From Candidatus Saccharimonadota bacterium (GTDB lineage: Bacteria > Patescibacteriota > Saccharimonadia > Saccharimonadales > Saccharimonadaceae), in the NCBI GenBank assembly GCA_017431745.1, contig JAFRKK010000003.1:3927-67926 (forward strand): a stretch of 64,000 nucleotides of DNA. Direction: 5' to 3'. The notes under the pieces were generated by a model. The model was given only the letters and a program-made list of their open reading frames with translations, was not told the origin of the DNA and made no database searches. Positions 46,733 to 56,275 of the stretch are shown here, piece after piece (the stretch's first letter is position 1; each line of letters opens with the position of its first letter). The position numbers and the translations under genes are program-made.

Positions 46733-47638
46733 TTCTGATACGCTGTGGGTTTCCATAAGTTTAGCGCGGAGTTCTTTGGCTCCCGGGAAGTTGTTGATGT
46801 AAATCTTGAAAAAATGCTTCAGAGGCTCGTAAGGAATATGAGAATATTCCTCATATAGGTCTAAGTGCATTTTTAGAAGTTTCATCAGCTCATCGCGGGT
46901 GGGGGTGTGGTCGGTGAAGCAGTAGGGGTTTTGAAAAACACCGCGGCCAATCATGAAGCCGTCTACCTCTGAGTATTTGGTGTGGAGTTCTAGAGCTTGG
47001 GTGCGGTCTTTGATGTCGCCGTTGATTATCAATTTAGTTTCGGGGCTGATTTCGTTGCGTAACTTGATAATTTCAGGGATTAGCTCATAGTGGGCGGGGA
47101 CTTTGCTCATCTCTTTTTTGGTGCGGAGATGAACGGTGAGAGCGGCGGGATGCTCAGTGAGCAAAAGAGGCAACCATTCACGATATTCTTCGGGTTGGCT
47201 CCAGCCGAGGCGGGTTTTGACGGAAACGGGGAGATTAGTGCTACTAGCAGCGTTCCTAAAACATTCTACAGCGAGGTCAGGGGTTTTAATCATGGCAGCG
47301 CCGCCACCAGCTTTGTTGACGTGTTTGTCAGGGCAGCCAAAATTTAAATCTACCCCTGAAAATCCAAGTGACGCAAGCGCCTGGCAAGTTGCCGAAAAAT
47401 GTTCGGGGTTTTTGCCCCAGATTTGAGCGATGATGGGTTTGTCGGAAGGAGCGATTTCGAGGCGTTCCAAAGCGTTTTCGCGGCCCTTTTCAGAGGCGTA
47501 AGATGAGACATTGGTGAATTCAGTAAAAAATAAATCTGGACGACCGGCGTGCGCGATGACCTGACGAAACATAATATCCGTTACACCCTCCATGGGGGCA
47601 AGAATTAGAAAAGGTTTTTTTAGCTCATTCCAAATCAT
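46712..47638 (-). CDS. dus: tRNA-dihydrouridine synthase (Dus family)
   Basis: LAPMEGVTD, FTEF, DLNFGCP, SVKTRLG, VHLRT, NGDI, MIGRG. Start reassigned to ATG 47638. Confidence 0.94.
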   Translation of the reverse strand: MIWNELKKPFLILAPMEGVTDIMFRQVIAHAGRPDLFFTEFTNVSSYASEKGRENALERLEIAPSDKPIIAQIWGKNPEHFSATCQALASLGFSGVDLNFGCPDKHVNKAGGGAAMIKTPDLAVECFRNAASSTNLPVSVKTRLGWSQPEEYREWLPLLLTEHPAALTVHLRTKKEMSKVPAHYELIPEIIKLRNEISPETKLIINGDIKDRTQALELHTKYSEVDGFMIGRGVFQNPYCFTDHTPTRDELMKLLKMHLDLYEEYSHIPYEPLKHFFKIYINNFPGAKELRAKLMETHSVSEARKIIS

Positions 47639-47790
47639 GAGGCATATTTTAACATAAAACCCCTGTAAAATCAAGCGGGATGGGGCTTGAATTATTTGAA
47701 GAAGTATAATAAGATAGTAGATACCTCTCGAAAAATTGTGACAGAGGGTGATCCGTTATTTCTAGGATAGTACCTTTAAAGGAGGGTTGT

Positions 47791-48291
47791 ATGAAAAAAC
47801 ATATTATAGGCGAGAAGAGGCTAAAGGTTGGTGATACGGCGGTATTATACGTGACGACGTGCTCCGACGTGAACCCGAGCTTTAAGCACAGTAGACGGCT
47901 TCTGGAATGCGTAGTGGTTGGTAAAATTAAGGGATTTACTAGGGACGAGGATGATAGATATATCATTCGTTGTTCGGAAGACCTTAGGACCGAGCATGTT
48001 AAAACCGGTGCTTATGCCGACGAAGCGATTGCTAGTAAGTATTCACCATTTCTGATGACTTGGGAAGAATATGAAAACTACAAGAAAGATGCAGCTTTGC
48101 TGAGTAGATGGATAAGTGAGACGACTAGTATCCTGATGGGATATAATGTCCCGGCGCATCTCAGAAACTGGCAAAATGAAGTAACCAAAATTATGGATGA
48201 CCTCGGCATCGAAGCAAAAGATGCCGTTTCGGATATAATGGATGATTTTTCGCCTACATCGGGGCTGGAGGTTATTACCTTCCCTCGTTAG
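47791..48291 (+). CDS. Hypothetical protein, paralog A
   Basis: Strong RBS AAAGGAGG; clearly similar to 48915-49397. Confidence 0.85.
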   Translation: MKKHIIGEKRLKVGDTAVLYVTTCSDVNPSFKHSRRLLECVVVGKIKGFTRDEDDRYIIRCSEDLRTEHVKTGAYADEAIASKYSPFLMTWEEYENYKKDAALLSRWISETTSILMGYNVPAHLRNWQNEVTKIMDDLGIEAKDAVSDIMDDFSPTSGLEVITFPR

Positions 48292-48392
48292 GTGGCTTCT
48301 TCTTTTTCTGGAAGAGCCCATGTACACCTCTTGATGGTCCCTCTCGTGCACAGAGGGACTTTTCTTTTGGATTTTTGTGTTATAATTAAAGT

Positions 48393-48531
48393 GCTCCTGC
48401 TAAACTTCGGTCACTGGCAGTGAGAAAAGTTTTTAGCTGTTTGTGGACATTTGTCATTTGGTCCCGCAGCCAGGAGCCAAAAAATTAAGGCTCGCATAAA
48501 TGACTCTAATAAATTTAATTTACGGGAGTCA
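48393..48531 (+). ncRNA. Candidate structured 5' leader (riboswitch-like)
   Basis: Begins 7 nt after TATAAT (48381-48386). Closing stem GCTCCTG/CAGGAGC encloses two hairpins; downstream TGACTC/GAGTCA stem covers the RBS. Confidence 0.45.
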
Positions 48532-48534
48532 ATT

Positions 48535-48786
48535 ATGAAAAACTTTAACAAAAACAACAAAACAGAAAGAGTCGAAGTAATGGCGCTCTTCGGGTATGAA
48601 ATGACGCCTTGCCAACCGTTGTCGTTTAGACGACGAGGCGAGAGCGAAACCGAGGTGACGGAGCTACTCGCTACACAAATTAGATTTGTGGGTGATGTGG
48701 CACTCCATATCTTTGACGTTCTGGTCGGCCGAGAGAGGGTACGACTCGAGTTTAACTCGCGCGATCTGTCTTGGCAGATTATTTAA
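48535..48786 (+). CDS. Hypothetical 83-aa beta-rich protein
   Basis: RBS GGGAG precedes ATG 48535, terminator GAGGCCCC-TTT-GGGGCCTT follows. The ORF-track start at 48451 lies inside the structured leader. Confidence 0.75.
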   Translation: MKNFNKNNKTERVEVMALFGYEMTPCQPLSFRRRGESETEVTELLATQIRFVGDVALHIFDVLVGRERVRLEFNSRDLSWQII

Positions 48787-48914
48787 TAGACGAGGCCCCT
48801 TTGGGGCCTTGCTATTTTGTGTCTTGATTTTTTTAAAAAAATGTTGTAAGATAAGTAAATCTCTAAAATTATTTGGGGAAATTTTCTAGATAGTACTTTA
48901 AAAGGAGGGTAGAA

Positions 48915-49397
48915 ATGAGTTTATTAACGAGAAAAGAATTTGACAATTACGACACGGCAGTACTTTACGTCACGACGTGCTCTGATGTCGAGGCTTCTTT
49001 TAAGAATAGCCGTCGTTTTCTTGAATGCAAGGTCGTGGGGTCAAATCCGGGATTCAACGGAAAAGATAAGAGATACTTCGTGCAGTGCGCTGAACCTTTG
49101 AGGAAAGACGGGTACAAACTTGGTTTGTATTCAGCCGAGGCAATGGTTAGCGAATATTCTCCTTTCTTGATGAGTGAGGAGTTCTTCAATGAATTGAAGA
49201 GCGATTCTGAGTTGAGAAGGAGATGGCTTCAGGAAGTAGAAGAGTTGATTTTGGGAGAAAACATCCCTGAGGGACTTGGCTACTGGCAGAACGAAGTAAA
49301 TGCCATCATCCAGGAGCTCGATGCAGACATACATGATATCATCTCAGATATTAAATCTGACTTTACGACTGGCAAGATGGAAATAATCCGGTTTTAA
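48915..49397 (+). CDS. Hypothetical protein, paralog B
   Basis: RBS AAAGGAGG; shares DTAVLYVTTCSDV, SFK.SRR.LEC.VVG, YSPFLM and WQNEV with paralog A. Confidence 0.85.
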   Translation: MSLLTRKEFDNYDTAVLYVTTCSDVEASFKNSRRFLECKVVGSNPGFNGKDKRYFVQCAEPLRKDGYKLGLYSAEAMVSEYSPFLMSEEFFNELKSDSELRRRWLQEVEELILGENIPEGLGYWQNEVNAIIQELDADIHDIISDIKSDFTTGKMEIIRF

Positions 49398-49532
49398 TTG
49401 AATTGATAAACTAGTACTTTAGGAGGACCTCCCCTTATGGGGAGGTTGATTTTTTTGTGAAAATGTGATATAATTAAGCTATTAGTTATTTTATAGCTTG
49501 AACTTTAATTTTTTGCGAACTAAGGAGGGGGA

Positions 49533-49598
49533 ATGTATTGGCTGATAGTAATTGTGATAATAGTAATGGTTGTGTTTGTTTTGGATAGGATGGAATAA
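49533..49598 (+). CDS. Small hydrophobic peptide MYWLIVIVIIVMVVFVLDRME (21 aa), absent from the ORF track
   Basis: Strong RBS AAGGAGGGG directly upstream, one TM-length hydrophobic run, and its stop overlaps the RBS of the next gene. Confidence 0.6.
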   Translation: MYWLIVIVIIVMVVFVLDRME

Positions 49599-49612
49599 GG
49601 AGGGGATGTAAC

Positions 49613-50263
49613 ATGAGTTATTGTAGGCCAGTAAACGAGATTGGTTATCTTGGACCGGACTGGATTCCGAGTAAACTTAAGAAGTATGCACGTGATAGTT
49701 ATGGAGAGTTGGATTTTGTACTTTTGGTACGAAATGGCGGTATTGATGGGTTTATGTATGACGACAATATCCCGGAAAATGAAAAACTAGAGCTTTCTGA
49801 CATGTCGGCGGAAGTACTAGAGATGCTGACGATAAATGGCTTTATTAGGCCAATAATCAGAAGGATGCTGTTTTCGGCGGACGTGCCAAACTCGGAGCTG
49901 TATTTTATCAGAAAATACATTATAGAACCAAAATTAATTGAAGAGTTCGCACTAAGGCACGAGTCTTTGGGCGGCTATCAGGATGTAGACGTCGAAGACT
50001 ACAGAGAGGCCCTGATGCCTTACTTTTATTCCAACAAAGCATATGAAAAATATGATCTTTGCTGCGATGAGCGGATAGAAGCAACAATTAATTTGCTGTC
50101 AAACTATCTTGATGAAGATGAGCTCTATGATGTCATGCTTGACATAAGGGGTGCCGGCGATTTTATCTGCGATAAGAAGATTTTTAAAAGGGTCTGTGGT
50201 AAATTGAAGGACGAATGTCTTGATTTTATACCAAAACTAGTACAGGCGTTTGAGATGTACTAA
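49613..50263 (+). CDS. Hypothetical acidic cytoplasmic protein
   Basis: RBS AAGGAGGGG; terminator AATCCCTAGC-TAAG-GCTAGGGATT follows. Confidence 0.8.
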   Translation: MSYCRPVNEIGYLGPDWIPSKLKKYARDSYGELDFVLLVRNGGIDGFMYDDNIPENEKLELSDMSAEVLEMLTINGFIRPIIRRMLFSADVPNSELYFIRKYIIEPKLIEEFALRHESLGGYQDVDVEDYREALMPYFYSNKAYEKYDLCCDERIEATINLLSNYLDEDELYDVMLDIRGAGDFICDKKIFKRVCGKLKDECLDFIPKLVQAFEMY

Positions 50264-50324
50264 TCATTTAATCCCTAGCTAAGGCTAGGGATTTTTCATA
50301 GGTTTTCGTGATATAATAAGGGAT

Positions 50325-51401
50325 ATGCAGGAACTTGCTAAGAAATTAGATGTGCTTCGGGGGGAGTTTTTGAAAGCGTATGAGAAATTAGCGATTGATG
50401 AGAAACTAGGCGAGGTAGCTATTTTGGAGAAGGAAGTGGCAGAGCCGGATATTTGGAAAGATGTGGCGGTGGCAACAGAGAAAAACCAGGAGCTCGCGAA
50501 GCTTTCTGATGAGGTGCAACCGTGGGTGCTTTTAAAAACGCAGATTGGGGACTTGGCAGAGCTACTAGAAATGGCAGATGAGGATTTGAAAGATGAAATT
50601 AAGGGGCAGATTGAGGCGATGGAGGCTCAACTTGAGGAATTGAAGAAATCTTTGAGATTTCAGGGGCCGTATGATGCAAATAATGCGATTTTGAGGATTA
50701 CTTCAGGGGCAGGTGGAACGGAGGCGATGGATTGGGCTTCGATGCTGGAGCGGATGTATCTGAGGTTTTTTGAATCGAAAGGATTTAAAGCGGTTTGTCT
50801 TGAAAGAGTTGTCGGCGAAGAAGCAGGAATTAAGACCGCGGTTTATGAGGTGTCGGGCGTGAATGTTTATGGGACGTTGAAATCTGAACATGGGGTGCAT
50901 CGGTTAGTGAGACTCTCGCCCTTTAATGCAAATAATTTGAGGCAGACTTCGTTTGCGCTGGTGGAGGTGTTGCCGGTGATTAAGGCTTCGACAGAGGTAG
51001 AAATCGATGAAAAGGATTTGCGTATTGATGTTTATCATGCTGGTGGACATGGTGGCCAATCGGTAAATACAACGAATTCGGCGGTGAGGATTACGCATTT
51101 GCCGACAAATACAGTGGTGGCAATTCAAAATGAAAGGTCGCAACTTCAGAATAAAGAGAAGGCGATGGAGATACTTAGGGGTAAATTAGTGCAGATGCAA
51201 TTGGAACAACATGCTGCGACGATTGGAGAATTACGCGCTGGTGAGTCAGCAGGTTGGGGGCAACAGATTAGGAATTACGTGTTGCAACCTTATAAACTAG
51301 TGAAGGATACTAGAACGGGCTACGAATCAAAAGAACCAGATAAAGTGCTTGATGGCGAGATTGATGGTTTTATTGATTCGTATCTAGAAAATATGGTTTA
51401 G
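50325..51401 (+). CDS. prfB: Peptide chain release factor 2 (continuous ORF)
   Basis: GAGGTEAMDWA, EHGVHRLVRLSPF (SPF), GGHGGQSVN (GGQ), WGQQIRNYVLQPY. Confidence 0.97.
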   Translation: MQELAKKLDVLRGEFLKAYEKLAIDEKLGEVAILEKEVAEPDIWKDVAVATEKNQELAKLSDEVQPWVLLKTQIGDLAELLEMADEDLKDEIKGQIEAMEAQLEELKKSLRFQGPYDANNAILRITSGAGGTEAMDWASMLERMYLRFFESKGFKAVCLERVVGEEAGIKTAVYEVSGVNVYGTLKSEHGVHRLVRLSPFNANNLRQTSFALVEVLPVIKASTEVEIDEKDLRIDVYHAGGHGGQSVNTTNSAVRITHLPTNTVVAIQNERSQLQNKEKAMEILRGKLVQMQLEQHAATIGELRAGESAGWGQQIRNYVLQPYKLVKDTRTGYESKEPDKVLDGEIDGFIDSYLENMV

Positions 51402-51459
51402 AGATAGCGTAATAAGTCTTCTGGTAGCTAGCCGGGGGATTTTTATTGAAAATTAGGGG

Positions 51460-51650
51460 TTGGCAAGAGGAAAAAAGTGTGCTATAATAAGAATGTTAAT
51501 CTAGACATAAGGAGAGGTCCGAAACTCACGAGCGGAAACCGGCCTAAAAGTCTAGTTATTTACGTGTAAAAATATTAAAAAATTGCGAGAAATAATTCTG
51601 TCTGATGTACAGAGACAGAATTGGCAATGTAAGGGAAAGAAAGGAATAGA
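51460..51650 (+). promoter_or_regulatory. Promoter and structured leader of the ribosomal protein operon
   Basis: TTGGCA (51460)-17-TATAAT (51483); helices CTAGAC/GTCTAG, AGGTCCG/CCGGCCT and AATTCTGTCT/AGACAGAATT. Confidence 0.7.
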
Positions 51651-52271
51651 ATGCAAGTCATTCTCGGCACCAAGATTGGTATGACCCAGATCATCGGTGA
51701 AGACGGTGTAGTTACGCCTGTAACTATCCTTCAAGCCGGCCCTTGTACAGTGACTCAGATAAAGACCACCGATACCGATGGTTATAATGCTGTGCAAGTA
51801 GGTTTTGGTCAGGGTAAGAATCTGAGCAAGTCGGTTACTGGCCACGTTAAAAAGGCTGGTGAAAAAGCAAGCCCTAAAGTCATCAAAGAGTTTCGCATTG
51901 AGGAAATTCCAGAAGGCATGAAGCTTGGTGATGCTATCACCGTAGAAAGTTTTAAGATTGGTGACAAGGTTACTGTGACGGGCACTAGCAAGGGTAAAGG
52001 TTTTGCTGGTACGGTAAAGCGTCACAACTTTAACGAATCAAGGAATACCCACGGTTTTAAGGGGAATATTCGTCGGGTTGGTTCAATTGGTTCGATGTAT
52101 CCACAAAAAGTATTTAAAGGTCGAAAGATGCCTGGTCGAATGGGGCACGACAGAGTGACCGTGAAGAATTTGACCGTGGCTTATATTGACGCGGAGAATA
52201 ATTTGATTGGGCTAAAAGGCGCTGTGCCTGGTCCGAAAAAAGGAATCGTAAGCGTGGAGGGAAAGGAGTAA
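51651..52271 (+). CDS. rplC: 50S ribosomal protein L3
   Basis: ILGTKIGMTQ, DGYNAVQVG, VTGTSKGKGFAG, GKMPGRMG-like motif. Confidence 0.98.
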   Translation: MQVILGTKIGMTQIIGEDGVVTPVTILQAGPCTVTQIKTTDTDGYNAVQVGFGQGKNLSKSVTGHVKKAGEKASPKVIKEFRIEEIPEGMKLGDAITVESFKIGDKVTVTGTSKGKGFAGTVKRHNFNESRNTHGFKGNIRRVGSIGSMYPQKVFKGRKMPGRMGHDRVTVKNLTVAYIDAENNLIGLKGAVPGPKKGIVSVEGKE

Positions 52272-52272
52272 T

Positions 52273-52875
52273 ATGGCTAGTTTGAACAAAGATATATTTG
52301 GCCTGAAGGTCGAAAACCACGAACTCGTGAAACTCTGCTACGATGCATACCTTGCTAATTCACGCTCATCGCACGCTAAAACTTTGAAGCGGGGTGAAGT
52401 GCGCGGTGGTGGTAAGAAGCCGTGGAGGCAAAAAGGTACTGGTCGCGCTCGTTTTGGTTCGACTCGTAACCCGATTTGGCGACATGGTGGTGTGGCATTT
52501 GGCCGCACTGGTAACGAAAACTTTACCAAGAAAATTGCAAAGTCCTCGAAATTGCTGGCTGTGCGTCAAGCTTTGTCGATGAAGAATGCCGATAAGGCAA
52601 TCGTCACAATTGCAGATTTCAAGGTGAAAGACGGTAAAACCAAAGAAACCTTGAAGATTCTAGCAGACAATAAAATTGACACTAAGGAAAATACATTGCT
52701 TGTAGTACCAGAGAAAGACGAATTGATTCTTCGTGCGACGAACAATATCGCTAATTTGAAGTTAGTGCGAGCGACTTACCTTAATGTGTTTGACATTATG
52801 AACGCGGATAAAATTGTGATTTCAGAGAAAGCTTTGCCAATTATCGACAAGTGGTTAATGGGAGAGGAGAAGTAA
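52273..52875 (+). CDS. rplD: 50S ribosomal protein L4
   Basis: KRGEVRGGGKKPWRQKGTGRARFGS, RHGGVAFG. Confidence 0.98.
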   Translation: MASLNKDIFGLKVENHELVKLCYDAYLANSRSSHAKTLKRGEVRGGGKKPWRQKGTGRARFGSTRNPIWRHGGVAFGRTGNENFTKKIAKSSKLLAVRQALSMKNADKAIVTIADFKVKDGKTKETLKILADNKIDTKENTLLVVPEKDELILRATNNIANLKLVRATYLNVFDIMNADKIVISEKALPIIDKWLMGEEK

Positions 52876-52876
52876 A

Positions 52877-53293
52877 ATGGCGGAGAAAACTACTAATAAA
52901 GTCAATTTGCAGCTTCATCTTTTAGAACCACGTGCGACAGAAAAAAGCTATCTTGAACAAACGAATCGGATTTACGTTTTTCCAGTGAAAAAATCAATGA
53001 GTAAGCAAGCAATTGCGAAACTAGTTGAGAAGGAGTTTAACGTAACCGTGACTGATGTAAGAACTTTGGTTCGCAAGGGTAAAAAGACGAAATTTAGTAA
53101 AGGCAAACACGCTTATCCGGGTATTACGCACCGTCAGGACAAGAAGTTTGCTTATGTGAAACTAAAGAAAGGCGATTCGATTAAAGTTTTCGATGAGCCA
53201 GAAGACGATAAAAAAACCAGCGCAAAGGAAGCCAAGAAGTCTGAGAAAAAGGCTAAAAAGGCGGACAAGAATGCAGGGAAGGAGAATAAGTAA
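52877..53293 (+). CDS. rplW: 50S ribosomal protein L23
   Basis: PRATEKS, NVTVTDVRT, KKFAYVKLKKG; charged C-terminal extension. Confidence 0.95.
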   Translation: MAEKTTNKVNLQLHLLEPRATEKSYLEQTNRIYVFPVKKSMSKQAIAKLVEKEFNVTVTDVRTLVRKGKKTKFSKGKHAYPGITHRQDKKFAYVKLKKGDSIKVFDEPEDDKKTSAKEAKKSEKKAKKADKNAGKENK

Positions 53294-54129
53294 TGGCAAT
53301 TAAAGCATATCGCCCGATTACACCGGCGCAGCGTCAAAAAACGACGCAGGACTTTGATCAGATTACGACAAAGAAGCCGATGAAGGCTTTGACGAAAGCA
53401 AAAAAGCAACAAGCAGGTAAGAATAATCAAGGTCGGATTACAGTGCGACATCGTGGTGGCGGAGTAAAGCGTCACTATCGCATTATGACCTATAAATTAC
53501 CAGCAGACCTTACTTTTACAGTTGAGGAAATCGAGTACGATCCAAATCGTTCAGCTCGAATCGCTCGGGTGAAAGATAATAACGGGGTATTTTACTATGT
53601 TTTGGCTGATACCAAGATGAAAAAGGGTTCAACTTTTAAGACTGGTAAGGAAATTGAAGTTGAAGAGTCTTCAAGGATGCCGCTTGAGAATATCCCAGTC
53701 GGTACATTTGTTTATGCAGTGGAGTTAACTCCGGGTCGGGGCGCACAGATGGTGCGTGCGGCTGGAGCTTCGGCGCAGCTGATGGCAAAGGAAGATGGTT
53801 ATGCCACTTTGAAGATGCCATCTGGTGAAGTACGTAAAGTTTTAGCAACTTGCGAAGCTTCGATTGGTACCGTTTCAAATATTCAGCATCAGAATGTGAA
53901 AATTGGCGCGGCAGGTCGAAGGCGCCGGAAGGGTATTCGCCCAACTGTACGTGGTGTCGTGATGAACGCGACAGATCACCCACACGGTGGTGGTGATGGT
54001 GGTCGTCACGGTTCGGGTAAAGCTCCGCGTACTCCATGGGGCCAACTCACTTTGGGTTACCGTACCCGTCACAATAAGAAAACTAATAAGATGATCGTGC
54101 GCAGTCGCCACGAAGGAAAGAGGAAATAA
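53293..54129 (+). CDS. rplB: 50S ribosomal protein L2
   Basis: [47 protein letters not shown]. Confidence 0.99.
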   Translation: MAIKAYRPITPAQRQKTTQDFDQITTKKPMKALTKAKKQQAGKNNQGRITVRHRGGGVKRHYRIMTYKLPADLTFTVEEIEYDPNRSARIARVKDNNGVFYYVLADTKMKKGSTFKTGKEIEVEESSRMPLENIPVGTFVYAVELTPGRGAQMVRAAGASAQLMAKEDGYATLKMPSGEVRKVLATCEASIGTVSNIQHQNVKIGAAGRRRRKGIRPTVRGVVMNATDHPHGGGDGGRHGSGKAPRTPWGQLTLGYRTRHNKKTNKMIVRSRHEGKRK

Positions 54130-54422
54130 TGTCGAGGAGTCTTAAAAAAGGTCTATTTGTAGACTATAAACTCGCGAAAAAAGTTGCCGCACTTTCCAGC
54201 GAAGATCGCACCGTGATCAAAACTTGGGCACGTAGCTCAACTATTTCGCCAGAAATGGTAGGTCGGACGATTGCCGTACACAACGGTAAGGTTCATGTGC
54301 CAGTGTTTATTTCGGAAAACATGGTGGGTCATAAGCTTGGTGAATTTGCGCCAACTCGTAAATTCCGCCGTCACGGTGGTAAAAAGGCTGCTGAAGCTGC
54401 AGCAGCAAAGGGAGGTAACTAA
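54129..54422 (+). CDS. rpsS: 30S ribosomal protein S19
   Basis: [32 protein letters not shown]. Confidence 0.98.
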   Translation: MSRSLKKGLFVDYKLAKKVAALSSEDRTVIKTWARSSTISPEMVGRTIAVHNGKVHVPVFISENMVGHKLGEFAPTRKFRRHGGKKAAEAAAAKGGN

Positions 54423-54424
54423 TT

Positions 54425-54841
54425 ATGGCGGAAACTTATTTTGCACATGCATATATTAAAGGTGTTGACTCGCAGCCACGCAAAACTAATATCGTAGCAG
54501 CATTGGTACGTGATCGCTATGTGGCAGATGCGGTAGTGATTTTGGAACATACACCACGACGTGCTGCTCGGGCAGTTTTGAAAGCTATTGAGTCAGCGAA
54601 TGCGAATTTACTGAACAATGCGAAAGTTTCAATTGATCCAAAAACAATTCGGATTGCTAGGATTTTCGTGACGAGCGGAACCAGGATGCGTCGTTATAAG
54701 CCCGCATCTAGGGGTCGTGCGTTGCCGTATGAGATAATTTCGTCCAACATTTTTGTTGAGGTCGCAGGCGAAGAGAAAGTAAAGAAAGCTGCTGAGAAGG
54801 CTGATACTAAGAAGCCGGCGGCTAAAAAGGAGAAAAAGTAA
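54425..54841 (+). CDS. rplV: 50S ribosomal protein L22
   Basis: QPRKTNIVAALVR, LKAIESANAN, PASRGRA. Confidence 0.95.
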   Translation: MAETYFAHAYIKGVDSQPRKTNIVAALVRDRYVADAVVILEHTPRRAARAVLKAIESANANLLNNAKVSIDPKTIRIARIFVTSGTRMRRYKPASRGRALPYEIISSNIFVEVAGEEKVKKAAEKADTKKPAAKKEKK

Positions 54842-54842
54842 T

Positions 54843-55469
54843 ATGGGTCAGAAGGTTAATCCCATCTCTTACCGTCTCCAGGTTAGCAAGGACTGGTCCT
54901 CAAAGTGGTTTACCCGCAAGAGTGATTTTCGTCACTGGCTAGTGGAAGACGACAAGATCCGCAAGATTGTGGAAGAGCGCTTCAAGGCGCGACCAACAAT
55001 TGCGCGGGTAGGCATTGAGCGCTCCGCAAATCTTACTACGATTACAATTGCGACAGCAAAAGCTGGTGCAGTAATCGGCAAGCAAGGTTCGGGCATCAAT
55101 GAGTTAAAGAAGCAAATTGAGAAAATCGTCGATGGTCCAGTACGGATTAACGTCGAGGAAGTTAAGAAACCAGAACTAAACGCTAAACTCGTGGCTGAAA
55201 ACATTGGTTTTCAGCTTGGCAAGCGGATGAACTTCCGTCGTGCTGTTAAGATGGCACTTCAGTCCACGATGAATGCGGGCGCTAAGGGTGTACGTATTGA
55301 GGTGGCTGGTCGACTTAACGGGGCTGAAATGAGCCGTCGAGAGAAGTTTATCGAAGGTTCGGTGCCACTACATACTTTGAGAGCTGACATTGACTTTTAT
55401 TGTCATCACGCTCCAACTATTGCTGGTATCGTAGGCGTTAAAGTTTGGATTTATAAGGGGGAAAAGTAA
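54843..55469 (+). CDS. rpsC: 30S ribosomal protein S3
   Basis: MGQKVNP, GRLNGAEMSRRE, VPLHTLRADID, GVKVWIYKGE. Confidence 0.98.
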   Translation: MGQKVNPISYRLQVSKDWSSKWFTRKSDFRHWLVEDDKIRKIVEERFKARPTIARVGIERSANLTTITIATAKAGAVIGKQGSGINELKKQIEKIVDGPVRINVEEVKKPELNAKLVAENIGFQLGKRMNFRRAVKMALQSTMNAGAKGVRIEVAGRLNGAEMSRREKFIEGSVPLHTLRADIDFYCHHAPTIAGIVGVKVWIYKGEK

Positions 55470-55470
55470 G

Positions 55471-55890
55471 ATGGCTATATTAGTACCAAAGAAAGTACCG
55501 CACCGCAAGGTTCGGAAAGGTAAAAACGAAGGCATCGCAACGCGCTGTAACACCGTAGCGTTTGGTGACTTTGGATTGATGTCGCTAGATAACGAGCGGG
55601 TAACTTCGAAGCAAATCGAAGCAGCTCGTCAGGCAATTACACGTTATGTAAAGCGTGGTGGTAAAATTTGGATTCGAATTTTCCCACATACACCAGTTTC
55701 CAAGAAACCGTTAGACGTAAAAATGGGTTCCGGTAAAGGTGAACCACAGTTTTACGTAGCGAAGGTGAAGGCGGGAACTGTAATGTTTGAAATTGCGGAT
55801 GTGACCGAAGAGCAGGCACGTGAAGCTTTGAGACTTGCTTCACACAAGTTGCCGGTAAAATGTAAAATAATTAAGAAAGAGGAGTTCTAA
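55471..55890 (+). CDS. rplP: 50S ribosomal protein L16
   Basis: [35 protein letters not shown]. Confidence 0.98.
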   Translation: MAILVPKKVPHRKVRKGKNEGIATRCNTVAFGDFGLMSLDNERVTSKQIEAARQAITRYVKRGGKIWIRIFPHTPVSKKPLDVKMGSGKGEPQFYVAKVKAGTVMFEIADVTEEQAREALRLASHKLPVKCKIIKKEEF

Positions 55891-55891
55891 G

Positions 55892-56275
55892 ATGGCACAC
55901 ACTTTGATTGGAACCGTGACTTCCGATAAGCGCGATAAGACCATTACCGTCTCCATCGCAAATCGAGAAACTCACCCGCTTTATCGTAAGCAGTACACGA
56001 AGACTCGTAAATATACTGCGCACGACGAAAAGAACGAAGCGAAAAAAGGTGACCGTGTAGAAATCGCGGAAACTCGGCCGATTTCCAAAACCAAGGCTTA
56101 TACTTTGGTAAAGGTGATCGAGAAGGCACGTGGTACCGTAGAATTGAAAGAAGATGTTCATAAAGCTTATGAAGCTGAGAAAGTTGGTGCAGATGCAGCA
56201 GCAAAAGCTGAAAAAGCTAGACTTGCTGAAGAAGCCGCTAAGGCTGCCGAAGCTAAAGAAGGGGAGGAGGCTTAA
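55892..56275 (+). CDS. rpsQ: 30S ribosomal protein S17
   Basis: GTVTSDKRDKTITV, HPLYRK, AHDEKNE, ETRPISKTK; Ala/Glu/Lys-rich tail. Confidence 0.97.
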   Translation: MAHTLIGTVTSDKRDKTITVSIANRETHPLYRKQYTKTRKYTAHDEKNEAKKGDRVEIAETRPISKTKAYTLVKVIEKARGTVELKEDVHKAYEAEKVGADAAAKAEKARLAEEAAKAAEAKEGEEA

